A stretch of DNA of 64,000 nucleotides, from NCBI RefSeq assembly GCF_000181795.1, contig NW_003526943.1, positions 4,057,228 through 4,121,227 of the forward strand. The letters run 5' to 3'. The notes under the pieces are model-generated. The model did not search any database. It was not told the origin of the DNA and saw only the letters and a program-made list of their open reading frames with translations. The DNA comes from Trichinella spiralis. Lineage: Eukaryota. This document shows positions 1 to 11,783 of this stretch, in pieces. Position numbers and translations under genes: made by a program. The first letter of the stretch is position 1; each line of letters opens with the position of its first letter.

Positions 1-413
1 CTTAAAAATTGTCTAAATTTAAAAGAATAGCGTGTTTACTTCGAAAATTGCTTTATATCTATAAAATATCTTTTAGTAACTGTTTGCAGTTTCTTTTATT
101 TCAAAAATCATATAGTTAGCCTGTTTATAAATAGTACTGTTTATAATGTATAAAAACATAATTTATTAGAAATGGTTTCTAATTATTTAACGTTTACTTT
201 GATTAATTTCATTTTACTTTTGAATGAAACTGTTGTATAAAACGTTTTTGCTTGTTCAACCATTTGTTGATTTTTTGTTAATTTAGTTATTATTTACTTA
301 TTATTGTTAGTTGTTCAGCATCTTTAACGATATAAATCGCAGTTACTTTTTGAAAATTGTCTTTTTGTTAGATATATTCTTTAATTATTCATTGACAGAA
401 ATATTTTAAGAAC

Positions 414-1672
414 ATGGCAAGCGGAGAGACGTTGGCTGAACGTTATAAACGTGAAGATAAAGAAATTTCGAAAGCTTTTTGGGAAGTGTTGGATATCAAT
501 TCTCGAGGAACGATTCTGCTTCGATTCAAGTATTATGTTTGGCGAATGCTAGACATACCAGCTACGTGGATGAAGGGTAAAATATTATACTTTTGGAGTT
601 TTTTAATAGAAGAGAATATACCAATATTTTCTAAGATGATATTAAAATTTTGAAATAGAATTTCATTGATGAACTTTTCGATTTAATAATAAGTGATTGT
701 TGCTATTTTGATTGATGTTGAAAATTGATTTTATTTAAGAGAATATTGTTGATCCATTGCAAAAGGATCGCAAAATGCCATATTACCATCGGCGTTTCAA
801 TCGTGTGCGCACTATTGATGAGTGTGCTGTGGACGACAGGGTTTGCTATGAAGAAGCACAAATGCAATATCACCTTGACAAGTGAGTTGAAATATTAATT
901 TTATTGTTTTTTCTTTTTAACGATTAAAACTATTCTAATTTTAAATGTGCGACATTTGCTTGATCAGTTAGTTGCATTTCATGATGCGATCTATATTTAC
1001 AGCAGGCATGACAGTAGCACATTTATAAACATTAAACATTTTTTCATTGATCTTGTTCTTTTCTTACTGTGACTAATCAAGCGTAATTACAGAATGGTTG
1101 ATGGTTACATATTAGATATTCTTCGCAATCGAATGCAAAGATGCCGTGAATATTACATGAATAACGCGGAATATAAATGCGCTAAATGCATTGACGATTT
1201 CGAACAAGCTGAACTGAATTTTTACATTAAATGTGCGTTTGTAAAAATGAATGATGATGAATAATTAATGAAAATTTTGAAATAATTGAACAGTAATATT
1301 ATTTGTCAAAATTTTGCAGACGGTGACATGGGCTATTATGGGGATGTGTTGACCGCTTACACGAAACAAAAGCATCGAATGATTTGGGAACGTCGACATC
1401 CGGAAATCATGGCCGCCAGAGCTGAAGCCCATGAAGAGCACAAACGTCAAATGGAGCTCGGCAATTACGATCCGTCGTTCTGGAAGCGCAAAGATCCTCG
1501 ACTTTACAAAGATTATGTGATCAGCATTTTCACGCCGTACAATTATTCAAGCTTTTTGCGTTTCAAACGTGATGAACCGTCGCAGGATCCAAAATTTTAC
1601 ACAGAACGCGAAGAGGCGAGACAAAAGGGAGAATACAAAGAGCCGGCGAACCCGAATTTAATTTGGCCATAG
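414..1672 (+). CDS. NDUFB10: NADH dehydrogenase (complex I) 1 beta subcomplex subunit 10 (PDSW), 4 exons
   Basis: Exons 414-576, 740-881, 1093-1232 and 1320-1672 join in frame at GT-AG junctions. The protein contains PYYHRRFNRVRTIDEC..DRVCYEEAQMQYHLDKMVDGYILDILRNRMQRC...C..CIDDFEQAELNFYIKYGDMG...KQKHRMIWERR, the NDUFB10 pattern. Confidence 0.93.
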
Positions 1673-1791
1673 ATAGAATGATGACAAGGTGATGGCAGTG
1701 TATTTATTTATTTATTTATTTAATTGGTTTGTTAATTAATTAGTTAATTTTTTCATTTCGAATCTGAGAAACAACTTTTTTCCAATTTCTC

Positions 1792-4176
1792 CTACGTTTC
1801 CATTAGATAATAAACGCCATATTTCGAATCGCAATATTCCTGTGAAAAGAAGCAAAAAGAAAAAAAAATTAATTATTCACAATGTTAAACACAATTATTA
1901 TTGTGCGAAATTTTTGTTTTACCTTGAGCAATGATTTCAATTGTTCGTCAGTTTGCGAGGTCAGACCCTTCTCCAAACAGGCTTGCTTGAAGGTTTTAAA
2001 TCGAAAACGTCCCCTATCTCGAAGCATATTGATGATCTGCCGTCGTAACTGTGGGAAAAGAAAAATTATGCACACATATAATATATATGCATATATTTAT
2101 GCATTTGTTTAAAATATTTACTTACCTCTCGACAAGTGTCGATTCCTATGAATCCATAAAACACCTTGTCCATTTTGCCGCCTTCGATTCGAATCGCACC
2201 AATCGCTTCTGAACACTGTTCGATCATCTCGTCGCATACAGCCGGAAACTTGCTGATCACACGACTGGTTATAAAATCCAGACTGTAGACGCGCTTCCTC
2301 TGGAACATGGAACACAGTTCCGCCTGCAAGTCGTTCTGCTTATCAATAGCAACAACCTTCTGCTTTTTCCCATCCAACCGATGGAAGTGATCGTTTGCAT
2401 TTGCGCTCTCGGTTCCAGGTTCCACTTTGACGACGACCACACTGCCGCCCACTGTATTCTTGTCGGCATTGCGTGACGGCTGCTTTTTCACCTTCGGCTC
2501 CGGATGCGACGGCGCCGGTGATGATTTCACCACCGCTGACCCTTTGCAAGAAGAATCCGAAGATGCTGATTTGCTGGATTTCACTTTCCTTGACGTGCTA
2601 ACAACAACAGCTGAAACAGATTTGAACGGTAAAAGCAATTATATAACCAATAAATAAATACCTTTCTTATTTATCATTTCATTTTCATAATCAGAAATCA
2701 CTTTAACTAAATGCACATATTTATTCTTCCAAATCTCTTCCTGTTTTTGGACAACTTTTGGAAAGCTGAAAAAACATTGAATACGTAATATATTTTAAAG
2801 AAATACAAACAGAACAAACCTATTACTACTGTACAAACCTGTGTAAAAAATTAATATCTTTTGGACGAACAAATTGCCAACCAAGTCGGGGAACCATGCG
2901 CGCAATTTCCATCAGAAAATACCGCCATATATGTTCTTCAATTGGCAACATACGTTCCAGTTCTCGCAGTAACACAACTCTATTTTTAGTGAATTTATAC
3001 AACTAAAATAATGAAAAACAAAACAACATATACAGCAAGTAAATAAATTTAAATAAACAACTATATATATATATATATATACCAAAAAATCTCTTGCAGC
3101 TAACAACAACGTGCGCTGAATATCGGTCCTCGCATCTTCGAAACCTTCTTCTATTGAAAATTCACTGAAAAACAATTGCACAGTCAAAAATATATTTTCT
3201 AGTTTAAATGAATTTTTCCGAAAAATACACTGATCAAAAAATTTCAACCTTTTCAACACCCAACAGCCCTGAACAAGTAAAGCGTATTCGTTCAACAATG
3301 ACAAAACTTCGTCGAAATTCACGTCATACGGAAGCTGATTGATCAAATCGAAAAATCGAACCACCATACCTGGATGGCAAAATTCAAATTTACATAAAAT
3401 ATACAAAATAATGGAAAATTTATTTTCAAGTGCTTTCCCATTTCATGCAGAAAAGCAAAATTTGAATAACATACGGCTTCTTTTCACAAGTTTTACCTGA
3501 TTTCAAAAGTGCGAATACCAATTCCGGCAACGACTTTTGAGTTTCCTCAACTTTGATGGGAACACTTGTATCGACGATTTCGTTTTCGAAAAAATTTTCC
3601 AACAAATTAAATTCTTCGTCGAAAATTTCCTGCTTCACTTTCCAACTCTCTTCGGCGATTGTTTTGTCCAACGTGAGAAGGGACAACTTTTCGTCGATGC
3701 TTAAATTCTTAAAACATTGAATTCGCACAAAAAATTAACACACGACAATTTTAGTATATGCAAATAAATTGATACAATACAAGTTAATTTTAATAAAAAT
3801 GAAAAAAAAATAGAAGAAAAAAAAACCAAACAAACCTTATTCACTTTCAAAAGGTGCCATCCTTTCGTGGGGATTCGCTCAACATGGCGCAAAGCATTCG
3901 AATGCATTGATCTTGTCGAATTCGACGGGCCGGGCGTATTGACGTTCTCAAAACGTACACGGACCGTTTCCAGAACGCTTTTCGACTTTTGGTTCTCATC
4001 GCTTAGCGCTTTTAGAGTTGGTGAAGAAATTTCCAATTCCTCATCTTCACTGCAACTTTCTTCATAACTAACCCTGATTGAGCTTGTTCCCTCATTGGAC
4101 AGGGTCACTTCATTTTGCTCGCACTGAGATAACTGCACCCAAGCTGTGCCTTTCAACATACTCAAATGAAAAGCGT
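1792..4176 (-). CDS. POLR3E: RNA polymerase III subunit RPC5 (Sin-like), multi-exon, 5' part not resolved (runs towards gap 4475-4725)
   Basis: Spliced exons give AFHLSMLKG, ALLVQGCWVLK, LLLAARDFL and EIARMVPRLGWQFVRPKDINFL..FPKVVQKQEEIW, matching RPC5 motifs (LVQGNWVVKS; GWEF...HPDVVQRQ). The last exon EYCDSKYGVYYLMET* has its stop at 1792-1794. The first clearly visible acceptor is at 4177/4178. Confidence 0.8.
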
Positions 4177-4257
4177 CTAAAATGCAAATTGCTCAACATT
4201 AAACTAAATTACCATGACATTTATTTATTCACAACCGTATGCGACTAATTATCAAAT

Positions 4258-4360
4258 GCATACATACATACATACATACATACATACATACATACATACA
4301 TACATACATACATACATACTTACGTACCTACGTACATACATGCGTACATACATACATACA
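4258..4360. repeat. (TACA)n microsatellite, degenerate at its right end
   Basis: The tandem CATACATACATA run is directly visible. Confidence 0.95.
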
Positions 4361-4844
4361 TATATATATCTGTAAGCTTTTATACATATTCTACGCGGAT
4401 GCAGCAAGCTTTTATAAACAAATATTTTATGTCAAATTACCATCCGCATTTGCATTTCTCATTATGTTATCATTNNNNNNNNNNNNNNNNNNNNNNNNNN
4501 NNNNNNNNNNNNNNNNNNNNNNNNNNNNNNNNNNNNNNNNNNNNNNNNNNNNNNNNNNNNNNNNNNNNNNNNNNNNNNNNNNNNNNNNNNNNNNNNNNNN
4601 NNNNNNNNNNNNNNNNNNNNNNNNNNNNNNNNNNNNNNNNNNNNNNNNNNNNNNNNNNNNNNNNNNNNNNNNNNNNNNNNNNNNNNNNNNNNNNNNNNNN
4701 NNNNNNNNNNNNNNNNNNNNNNNNNTCTTTAACCGTACATAGCAACAGACTACTGGCACCAGCTTACTCGCCACAATTTCATGGATGGTAAAATGCTATT
4801 GATATCATTGGTACAACCTTGAATGTACCATCGGTACCCTAAGT

Positions 4845-6613
4845 GGTCTATTACCGATTTTCCAACTGATAGATAAATCTGCTCCCACTGTTTGTAAATA
4901 AATTTGCTGCCTGTTGAAATTTATCAAGATTTCCGGGTGTAATGTCAGAATACTGAACAATCTGTTTGAAAAATCTGGAATGTTGCAGCAACACTTCCAA
5001 TTTCCGGGTTACAAATGGCACTAATGCTAACGTTACGCGTTAGCTCGCAATTTCACTGAATTTTACGCATGATTTCACGCATATGCCTTTGTCAAACATT
5101 CTTCGCTTTTCTCATCACATCACATATGTTGGTAAAGGCGATTTTAACACAAAGGGAAAATGCACAATTGACAAATTGTTCACAGTTGCAGCTTTCAAGC
5201 TTAACCAATGAGTGAAAGCTACTAAATTGTTAGCATCTGATTAATTTCATGATTTTATTGGGAGTGTTCTATTTAAATCTTTTTTGTTTACAATCCAAGA
5301 ATTTTACTTTAATATTTACAAAGTTTCTTTCATTACGAAACAAACATCCATATATATTTTTTTATACATGTCGATGAGGTTTGCATGAAAAATTCTGTTT
5401 GACGTTCATACATTTCATATAAAATACAGTCGAACTTGGTTAAGTGCATAAGATTTTGGCCGAAAAAAATTTCCTGTAGTTGATTAAACGATAAAATAAT
5501 GGATAAATGCATGGAAATTTTTTCGAAATTCCATGCTCACTTATAACCAAGTTCAAATGTAATTTGAAATGCAACATCAAACAGATCAGCTACATCATAG
5601 GCGCAGCTTTTGATGCGGAATGTTTAAATATTTCGTTGTCATTGAAATATATACATTGAAAGGTTGCAAATGGAAATGATAGTAGATGGCAATTTAAGTG
5701 TTCACCAACGCATTAGTCGGTTTCGTTCAGATGTTGAAATAGAAAGTTTTACAATTTANNNNNNNNNNNNNNNNNNNNNNNNNNNNNNNNNNNNNNNNNN
5801 NNNNNNNNNNNNNNNNNNNNNNNNNNNNNNNNNNNNNNNNNNNNNNNNNNNNNNNNNNNNNNNNNNNNNNNNNNNNNNNNNNNNNNNNNNNNNNNNNNNN
5901 NNNNNNNNNNNNNNNNNNNNNNNNNNNNNNNNNNNNNNNNNNNNNNNNNNNNNNNNNNNNNNNNNNNNNNNNNNNNNNNNNNNNNNNNNNNNNNNNNNNN
6001 NNNNNNNNNNNNNNNNNNNNNNNNNNNNNNNNNNNNNNNNNNNNNNNNNNNNNNNNNNNNNNNNNNNNNNNNNNNNNNNNNNNNNNNNNNNNNNNNNNNN
6101 NNNNNNNNNNNNNNNNNNNNNNNNNNNNNNNNNNNNNNNNNNNNNNNNNNNNNNNNNNNNNNNNNNNNNNNNNNNNNNNNNNNNNNNNNNNNNNNNNNNN
6201 NNNNNNNNNNNNNNNNNNNNNNNNNNNNNNNNNNNNNNNNNNNNNNNNNNNNNNNNNNNNNNNNNNNNNNNNNNNNNNNNNNNNNNNNNNNNNNNNNNTA
6301 AAATCGCCCTTTACCAACATATGTGATGTTGACGAAAAACGCGAACAATGTTTGATAAAGGCATATGCGTCTAATCATGCGTAAAATTAAGTGAAATGGC
6401 GAGCTAACGCGTAACGTTAGCATTAGTGCCATTTGTAAGCCGGAAATTGGAAGTGTTGCCACAACATTCCAGATTTTTCAAAAAGATTATTCAGAATTCT
6501 GGCATTACACCCGGAAATTAACATCCAATCTTGACAAATTTCAACAGGCAACAAATTTATTTAAAAACAGTGGGAGCAGATTTATATATCAGGAAGGAAA
6601 TCTCTACTAGACC
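4845..6613. mobile_element. Pair of ~300-bp imperfect inverted repeats (4845-5146 and 6299-6613); probable long-TIR DNA transposon or foldback relic
   Basis: 6299-6613 is the reverse complement of 4845-5146, with scattered substitutions and indels (e.g. CACATATGTTGGTAAAGGCGATTTTA vs TAAAATCGCCCTTTACCAACATATGTG). The interior is partly an N gap. No TSD is evident. Confidence 0.7.
5427..5559. mobile_element. ~133-bp MITE with pogo/Tc1-mariner-type termini and TA flanks
   Basis: TA|CAGTCGAACTTGGTTAAGTG at 5425 and CACTTATAACCAAGTTCAAATG|TA ending at 5561 form imperfect terminal inverted repeats with TA on both sides. Confidence 0.65.
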
Positions 6614-6879
6614 GTTGTTGGCTGTTAGCTAGTGAAAAATAAAAATCACTATTTAACTTGTTTTTTGTATTGTTTTTTCTGAATTATTACTGTCGTATTT
6701 GATATAACGTCACTTTTGTACAATAAAATATAGAATAATGATAAAAATTCTTTTTGGGAATGCTGATCATGAAAAAGTATAAACTTCACCAAAAAACAAT
6801 ATATTTAAATAAATAAAATTTCAATGAATGACAAAACTTCAAACAGACAATAAAATTTTGGAACAATAAATATTTCCCA

Positions 6880-7771
6880 CTCTTAATTCTTTCGTCATTC
6901 GTTGTCCTATGCCTGGAAACATTGTAAATCCCCCAGACAAAATGATATTTTCATACAATTTTCTACGCAAGTCTAGATCACATTTCATAATTGAGGTGTT
7001 TGTGGTCTCATGTCTAGATCACAGCACACAACACTCTAAGCCCAACAACAATGGCTGAAATAACGCCTCTGGACAACGGAAGCGTTCACTGCCAATCTTG
7101 ATCACATGTCCATCTGGAAGCTGATATGATGTGTCCAAATGCATGTTGAGTTGTTCTGTCATGATTGCGTGTTCAAAGTCACCTGCCACAAAACAAAGCT
7201 TTTCCTTAATGTCACCGACAATCTCTCTCGTTCAGCTGAACAAAACAAAGATATAAAGTGAATGACTTTGTTGCTGAAACATTCAAGCTTACCAGTGGTG
7301 GTGAATGAACAACCACGTTCATTCAAAAGATTCACCATATAGTCAGTTAAATCACTCCCTGCTAAATCAAGGCGCAAAATTGCATGTGGCAATGTGAACC
7401 CTTCAAAAATTGGTAGCGTATGACTGACTCCACCACCGCAATCTAAAACAATGCCTGTGTTTCTTCCACTTGCATACAGTGACAAAACTGCCGGTATAGC
7501 AACACACATAGCTGAGGTTTCAAATCATTCAAACATTATCTATAGAATAAAATGAAAGCGAAATAATGCGAAAGTGGAAGAAACACACTGTTAAATATTT
7601 TTCATGCCTCAGTCATTTTTTCACGATTACTATTTGGGTTCATAGGAGCTTCAGTTAGCAAGACCGGATGTTCTTTCGGCGCTACACGCAGTTCATTGCA
7701 AAAGGCGTGATGCCACAATATCTCCATGTCATCCCAGTTGATAACTGTTCCATGTTCTACTGGATGGAATG
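6880..7771 (-). pseudogene. Divergent actin pseudogene fragment (unprocessed, retains introns)
   Basis: Actin motifs [86 protein letters not shown] and [23 protein letters not shown] are present. Lesions are an in-frame TGA at ~7525 (FE*FE), a +2 frameshift at ~7222 (AERE-ag-IV), and a stop plus frameshift at ~7015. No N- or C-terminal actin exons were found. Confidence 0.88.
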
Positions 7772-8508
7772 GTCCCAGTTGGGCTCAATTTTATTCCCAT
7801 TCGGTCCCACTGTTCATTTATTGGTCGTTGTCCTCGCTATTTTATTAGTCCGTAATCTCGTTATTTTATTAGACCGCAAAGTCTTTTTCGTATTGGATTT
7901 GCTTGACTGATTACACAGTGTCCCCAATGNNNNNNNNNNCATTTCCTTACTCACTGATCACAATTTTTAAGTTCGAAACCGTCACAATAAGCTACAAAAA
8001 TAAGCAGGAATGCTGCCTATGCTCTCCTTTCACTAAAATATAATAGTACTCAGGTTAGTATAGAGAATGAAAACAATAAACAGTTAAAAGAATACTATTT
8101 AAAATTTCCAAATAATACTTTAAATAAATAATTAAAATTTTACTAAGGAATATCTATTTTTTACTTCTTCCAAACTGAAAACTCTTCAAATTGTATCATA
8201 GGAAAGAAAACGTTACTGTAATTACAGTAAACATTTTTCGTTGCGTATAATTTTTTAAACATTTTTCTTTCAAAAATTATTAAAACTTACTTGTTTAATT
8301 AAAATACTATTTCATCTACAATTAAATATTATTATACACTGCAATTTATTCATAATTAAAAAATTCATAATTGCTACACTGACATAAAAAAATCGCATAT
8401 GCACAAACATAATAAAAAATACAAACAAATTGAATAATTAAGAGTATAATTCACTTAACAGCTATTAAAAATAGATTACTATAAGCAAAAATGCGAACAG
8501 ATTAATAA

Positions 8509-9031
8509 TGTAACCTATGTTAGAGTCAGACTAGCGACAGTAATCTGACGTTCAGGTATGAATAGACCAGACGTTCGTTCGTCCGGCCAATAAGTAAGTG
8601 GACTGTATAATAAAGAGTGGATTTGGTGTATCTTCCACGGCGTGGGCAGCGATCGGGGTCCAAAAACTCTCGTCGATGGCGATCTCCTTCGCGGACGTCT
8701 TCCGGTTCCCTAGCTCCGCTAACTCTGTACGTTGCGACTGCACGCTCGAAGTGTACGAATACCCGAGCTACTACCGTTGTTCCTAACGGTAAGTCGAATG
8801 CCCTTCAATAAGGTACCCACGAGTCTCTCGCTCGATCGTCCTTCCTTGCACTTCGACTCGGTTCGTCCACACTTCCCAATTCGACTCTTCGGAATACGGC
8901 AATACTGCAACCAGTACTGCAAACCACGTATTCTAAAGCCGACTTCTCGCAACCAACGCGTCCTCTTGTACAACTATCGTACCACTGACGCATACACACA
9001 CAGACGTATCTCTTCTCTCTCTCTCCGTATC
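8509..9031. mobile_element. GC-rich LTR-like repeat segment truncated by a gap
   Basis: There is an abrupt switch from very AT-rich to roughly balanced GC, beginning TGTAAC at 8509. It contains TATAATAAA at ~8606, encodes no credible protein and ends at the gap at 9033. The second boundary is not visible. Confidence 0.45.
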
Positions 9032-9042
9032 ANNNNNNNNNN

Positions 9043-9202
9043 GGTAATTCAGGCAAGATATTGGGTAGCTCTGGCAGTATATATGGTAATTCTGGCAGTA
9101 TATCTGGTAATTCTGGCAATATATGTGGTAAATCGGGCAATATATCTGGTAATTCTGGCAATATATCTGGAATTTCTGGGAATATATCTGGCAGTTCCGG
9201 GA
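9043..9202 (-). repeat. 21-bp coding tandem repeat (about 7-8 units) encoding LPELPDI
   Basis: The plus-strand unit is approximately GGTAATTCTGGCAATATATCT. The minus-strand translation is [54 protein letters not shown]. Confidence 0.9.
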
Positions 9203-11783
9203 GTGGAATTATCGGTTTCTCTATTAAATCTTTAAAATGGAAAAAGAAAAGGTTATTTACTTTATTAACTATAAATTTATTGTTAAAATTATTTCAAACC
9301 AAGGAATGGACTTGAATGCACAACGCAGGAGCATCCATCTGGACCGTGTTGAGTGCCAAGCCAGCATCCTAAAATAAAAATACTCGTTTAATAAATGAAT
9401 ATACATACTTTCATTTCATAAATTTCATTTCATATATAAAATTTGCAGATACATGCAGAAATTGTAAATTAAATAACAAAAACAACGATATAATGAGTAA
9501 TGATGCAAAAAAATTTACTTAAAATTTAATTCATGTAATTTTCAGGAATTTAATTAAAAAAAGTAGAGCATGATTTACTTTCATCAGATCCATCTGGGCA
9601 GTTGACAACGCAGTTTCGAAATTCAGAAATATCAATGCATAGGCCATCTCCGCAGTCGAACATGAGAGAATTTTTTGAATAGCAGTTTCCAGGAATTCGC
9701 CGAAGCAATGCTGAAAATTACTTGTTTATGAATTTCAATAATTTCGAAAAAAAATTTTCCAGTGAATCAATAACTACTGAAATAAATTAAAACCATTTAC
9801 ATAATCAATTACGTTTGTTTTTTATAAATTAAAAATTTTTTTCAGTCCACCATTGAAATAGTTATTTACGGAAAGCATTATTGTAAGCTAGCCTAATAAA
9901 ATAAAACTTGTATTACAGTTCGTGGAAAAAGTTACTTCATCATTTAAACGTTATTTGATTTATTAAAATTCTAAAATATGAAATGTAATACAAATTTCAT
10001 GGAATATTACTTTATAAAATTATTAAATCAACAAAAAGCAATTCGTATTAAAAGCATTTATAAAAGATTTTTAATGATATTTTAGAGTAATTATTTAAAT
10101 TAAGTCTACAAATTTAATAAGCAAGTGTTAACTGTTTACAAATATTATATACTGCAGTCTAGTTTTCTGAACTAATTTTTTTAATAACAGTCGACGAATT
10201 AATTGCTGGTGTTTTCTTTAAATTTATAGGCTGTTGAAATAATGAAAATGTGAGTTATAAATTGCTAAATGTCAAGGTAAAATTTATTTTAAAAAATTAT
10301 TAATAGATTAAAAGGCAAAAAATAATTTTTATCACTTTTGATATATTATGCTACAAATTGATTTTGGCACGCACTGATCTACACGTTGGCGTTTCACTAG
10401 CTGCAACAACGAGCTCCTGTTTTACAATCAAGAGATGAAGCAGTTTGTACATAAAAGCGGGGCATGGCTTTTAGCAGCATTTTTTTTGAATTTGAAAGCA
10501 CTGAGTCATCGTGATTTGGTGTCATTTATCAAATTTGAAAAGCCAACAATAATCTGCCAGAAATTTAAATAAGGGAACTACTGCTTCTACATCTTTTTCT
10601 CAGTTATTTCACAGTACCTGGTATTTTAATATGAATCAAAAAGAAACAATAAAATTCACTGACCATTCAAAAGCACAATTAAAAATTTTTCTGAAATGAA
10701 AACATCTCATATTTTGGAAAATAAATCTGAATAATTTGAATCTTGGAAAAATAATAAATCAAAAGTTGCAATGTGTGAGATGTTAATAATAATAATAACA
10801 AATGAAATGAGTGTTAATAATTACAGTAATGATAGATGGAATTATAAATTTCAATAATTTAAAATGCTGTTTAGAATTGTTTAATTTGCATATCAAGAAA
10901 AGAAAAAAAATTGCAAACATACGATCAGGCTTCAGCCAAGCTTTTCCTCTACTGCTGTAACGGTTGATACATTCGCATATGGTAAATTGCTGATTCATTG
11001 CAATAGTTTTCTGTCGACAAAGGAATCCTTCAAGACAAGGATCTGAAATAGCAAAAGTAAAATAAATAAATAATTAATTAATTACAAAATAATATTAATA
11101 ATAATGTATTTAATTTAACCTTCGTCTGAATAGTCACCACAATCGTTATGCCCATCGTTGAGCCATTCGAAAGGTACACAATTGGCAGTTGTAGCACAGC
11201 GGAATACAGGCATTAATCTTTGCGTGTATGCTCCAAGTTGGCAGTATGAATGATCTGTTTAAATTGTAGTAAAAAAATTAGCTTTAGGCGTATACAAAAG
11301 GCAATAGCAGTAAAAAATGAAAAGTAAGCACATTTTCGATCCAGACAATCAGCAAAAACTCGATCAGGGCTGATACATTTGCCACAACCATCGACTTCGA
11401 CATCACAAAGAACTTTATCAAATCCACATTCTAGAAAAATGCAAAATAATTTTTGCAAAAGTACCATCCTTCACGGATATATGAAAAACCTTCATCTGCA
11501 GCGTTTCCACAGTCATCTACGCAGTTGCGCACCAGGCGAAACGGTATGCAGAATCCATTTTTGCAGTCAAACATATCGGGACTTCCACATGATCCAGGCA
11601 CCCGATCAGGGTATTCTGTTCAATTGATAGCCATGAATAAAAAGTGGATAAAAGTTATCATTATTATTATATTTTACCGCTTGGATTTGCAAACGGTCCA
11701 ATTTGACTAGGAAAAGTTGGGATCACAGCGATAAGTGTAAGAAAATTTCCAAGAAAGCAAACAATCCACAAAAGCATTGTCAT
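9043..11783 (-). CDS. Secreted LDL-receptor class A (LDLa) repeat protein with Pro/Leu/Glu heptad-repeat region; 3' end interrupted by a gap
   Basis: ATG 11783 begins a signal peptide [22 protein letters not shown]. Phase-1 exons encode [62 protein letters not shown] and [33 protein letters not shown], then EKPIIP(LPELPDI)n running into the gap at 9033-9042. Confidence 0.85.

Noticed and set aside
1400..1672. C-terminal extension of NDUFB10 relative to the mammalian protein
   Set aside because: As far as I recall nematode orthologs are similarly extended, so it is probably ordinary.
4239..6462. Long ORFs containing X runs and the HTYI repeat
   Set aside because: These are artifacts of N gaps and the (TACA)n microsatellite.
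9043..9202. 21-bp tandem array considered as a CRISPR-like array
   Set aside because: The units are head-to-tail with no unique spacers, the context is a eukaryotic coding exon, and there are no cas genes.
8552..9315. Several overlapping ORFs, including the plus-strand (SGNISGN)n ORF
   Set aside because: They show no protein similarity. The SGNI ORF is the antisense reading of the LPELPDI exon, which has a proper acceptor on the minus strand.
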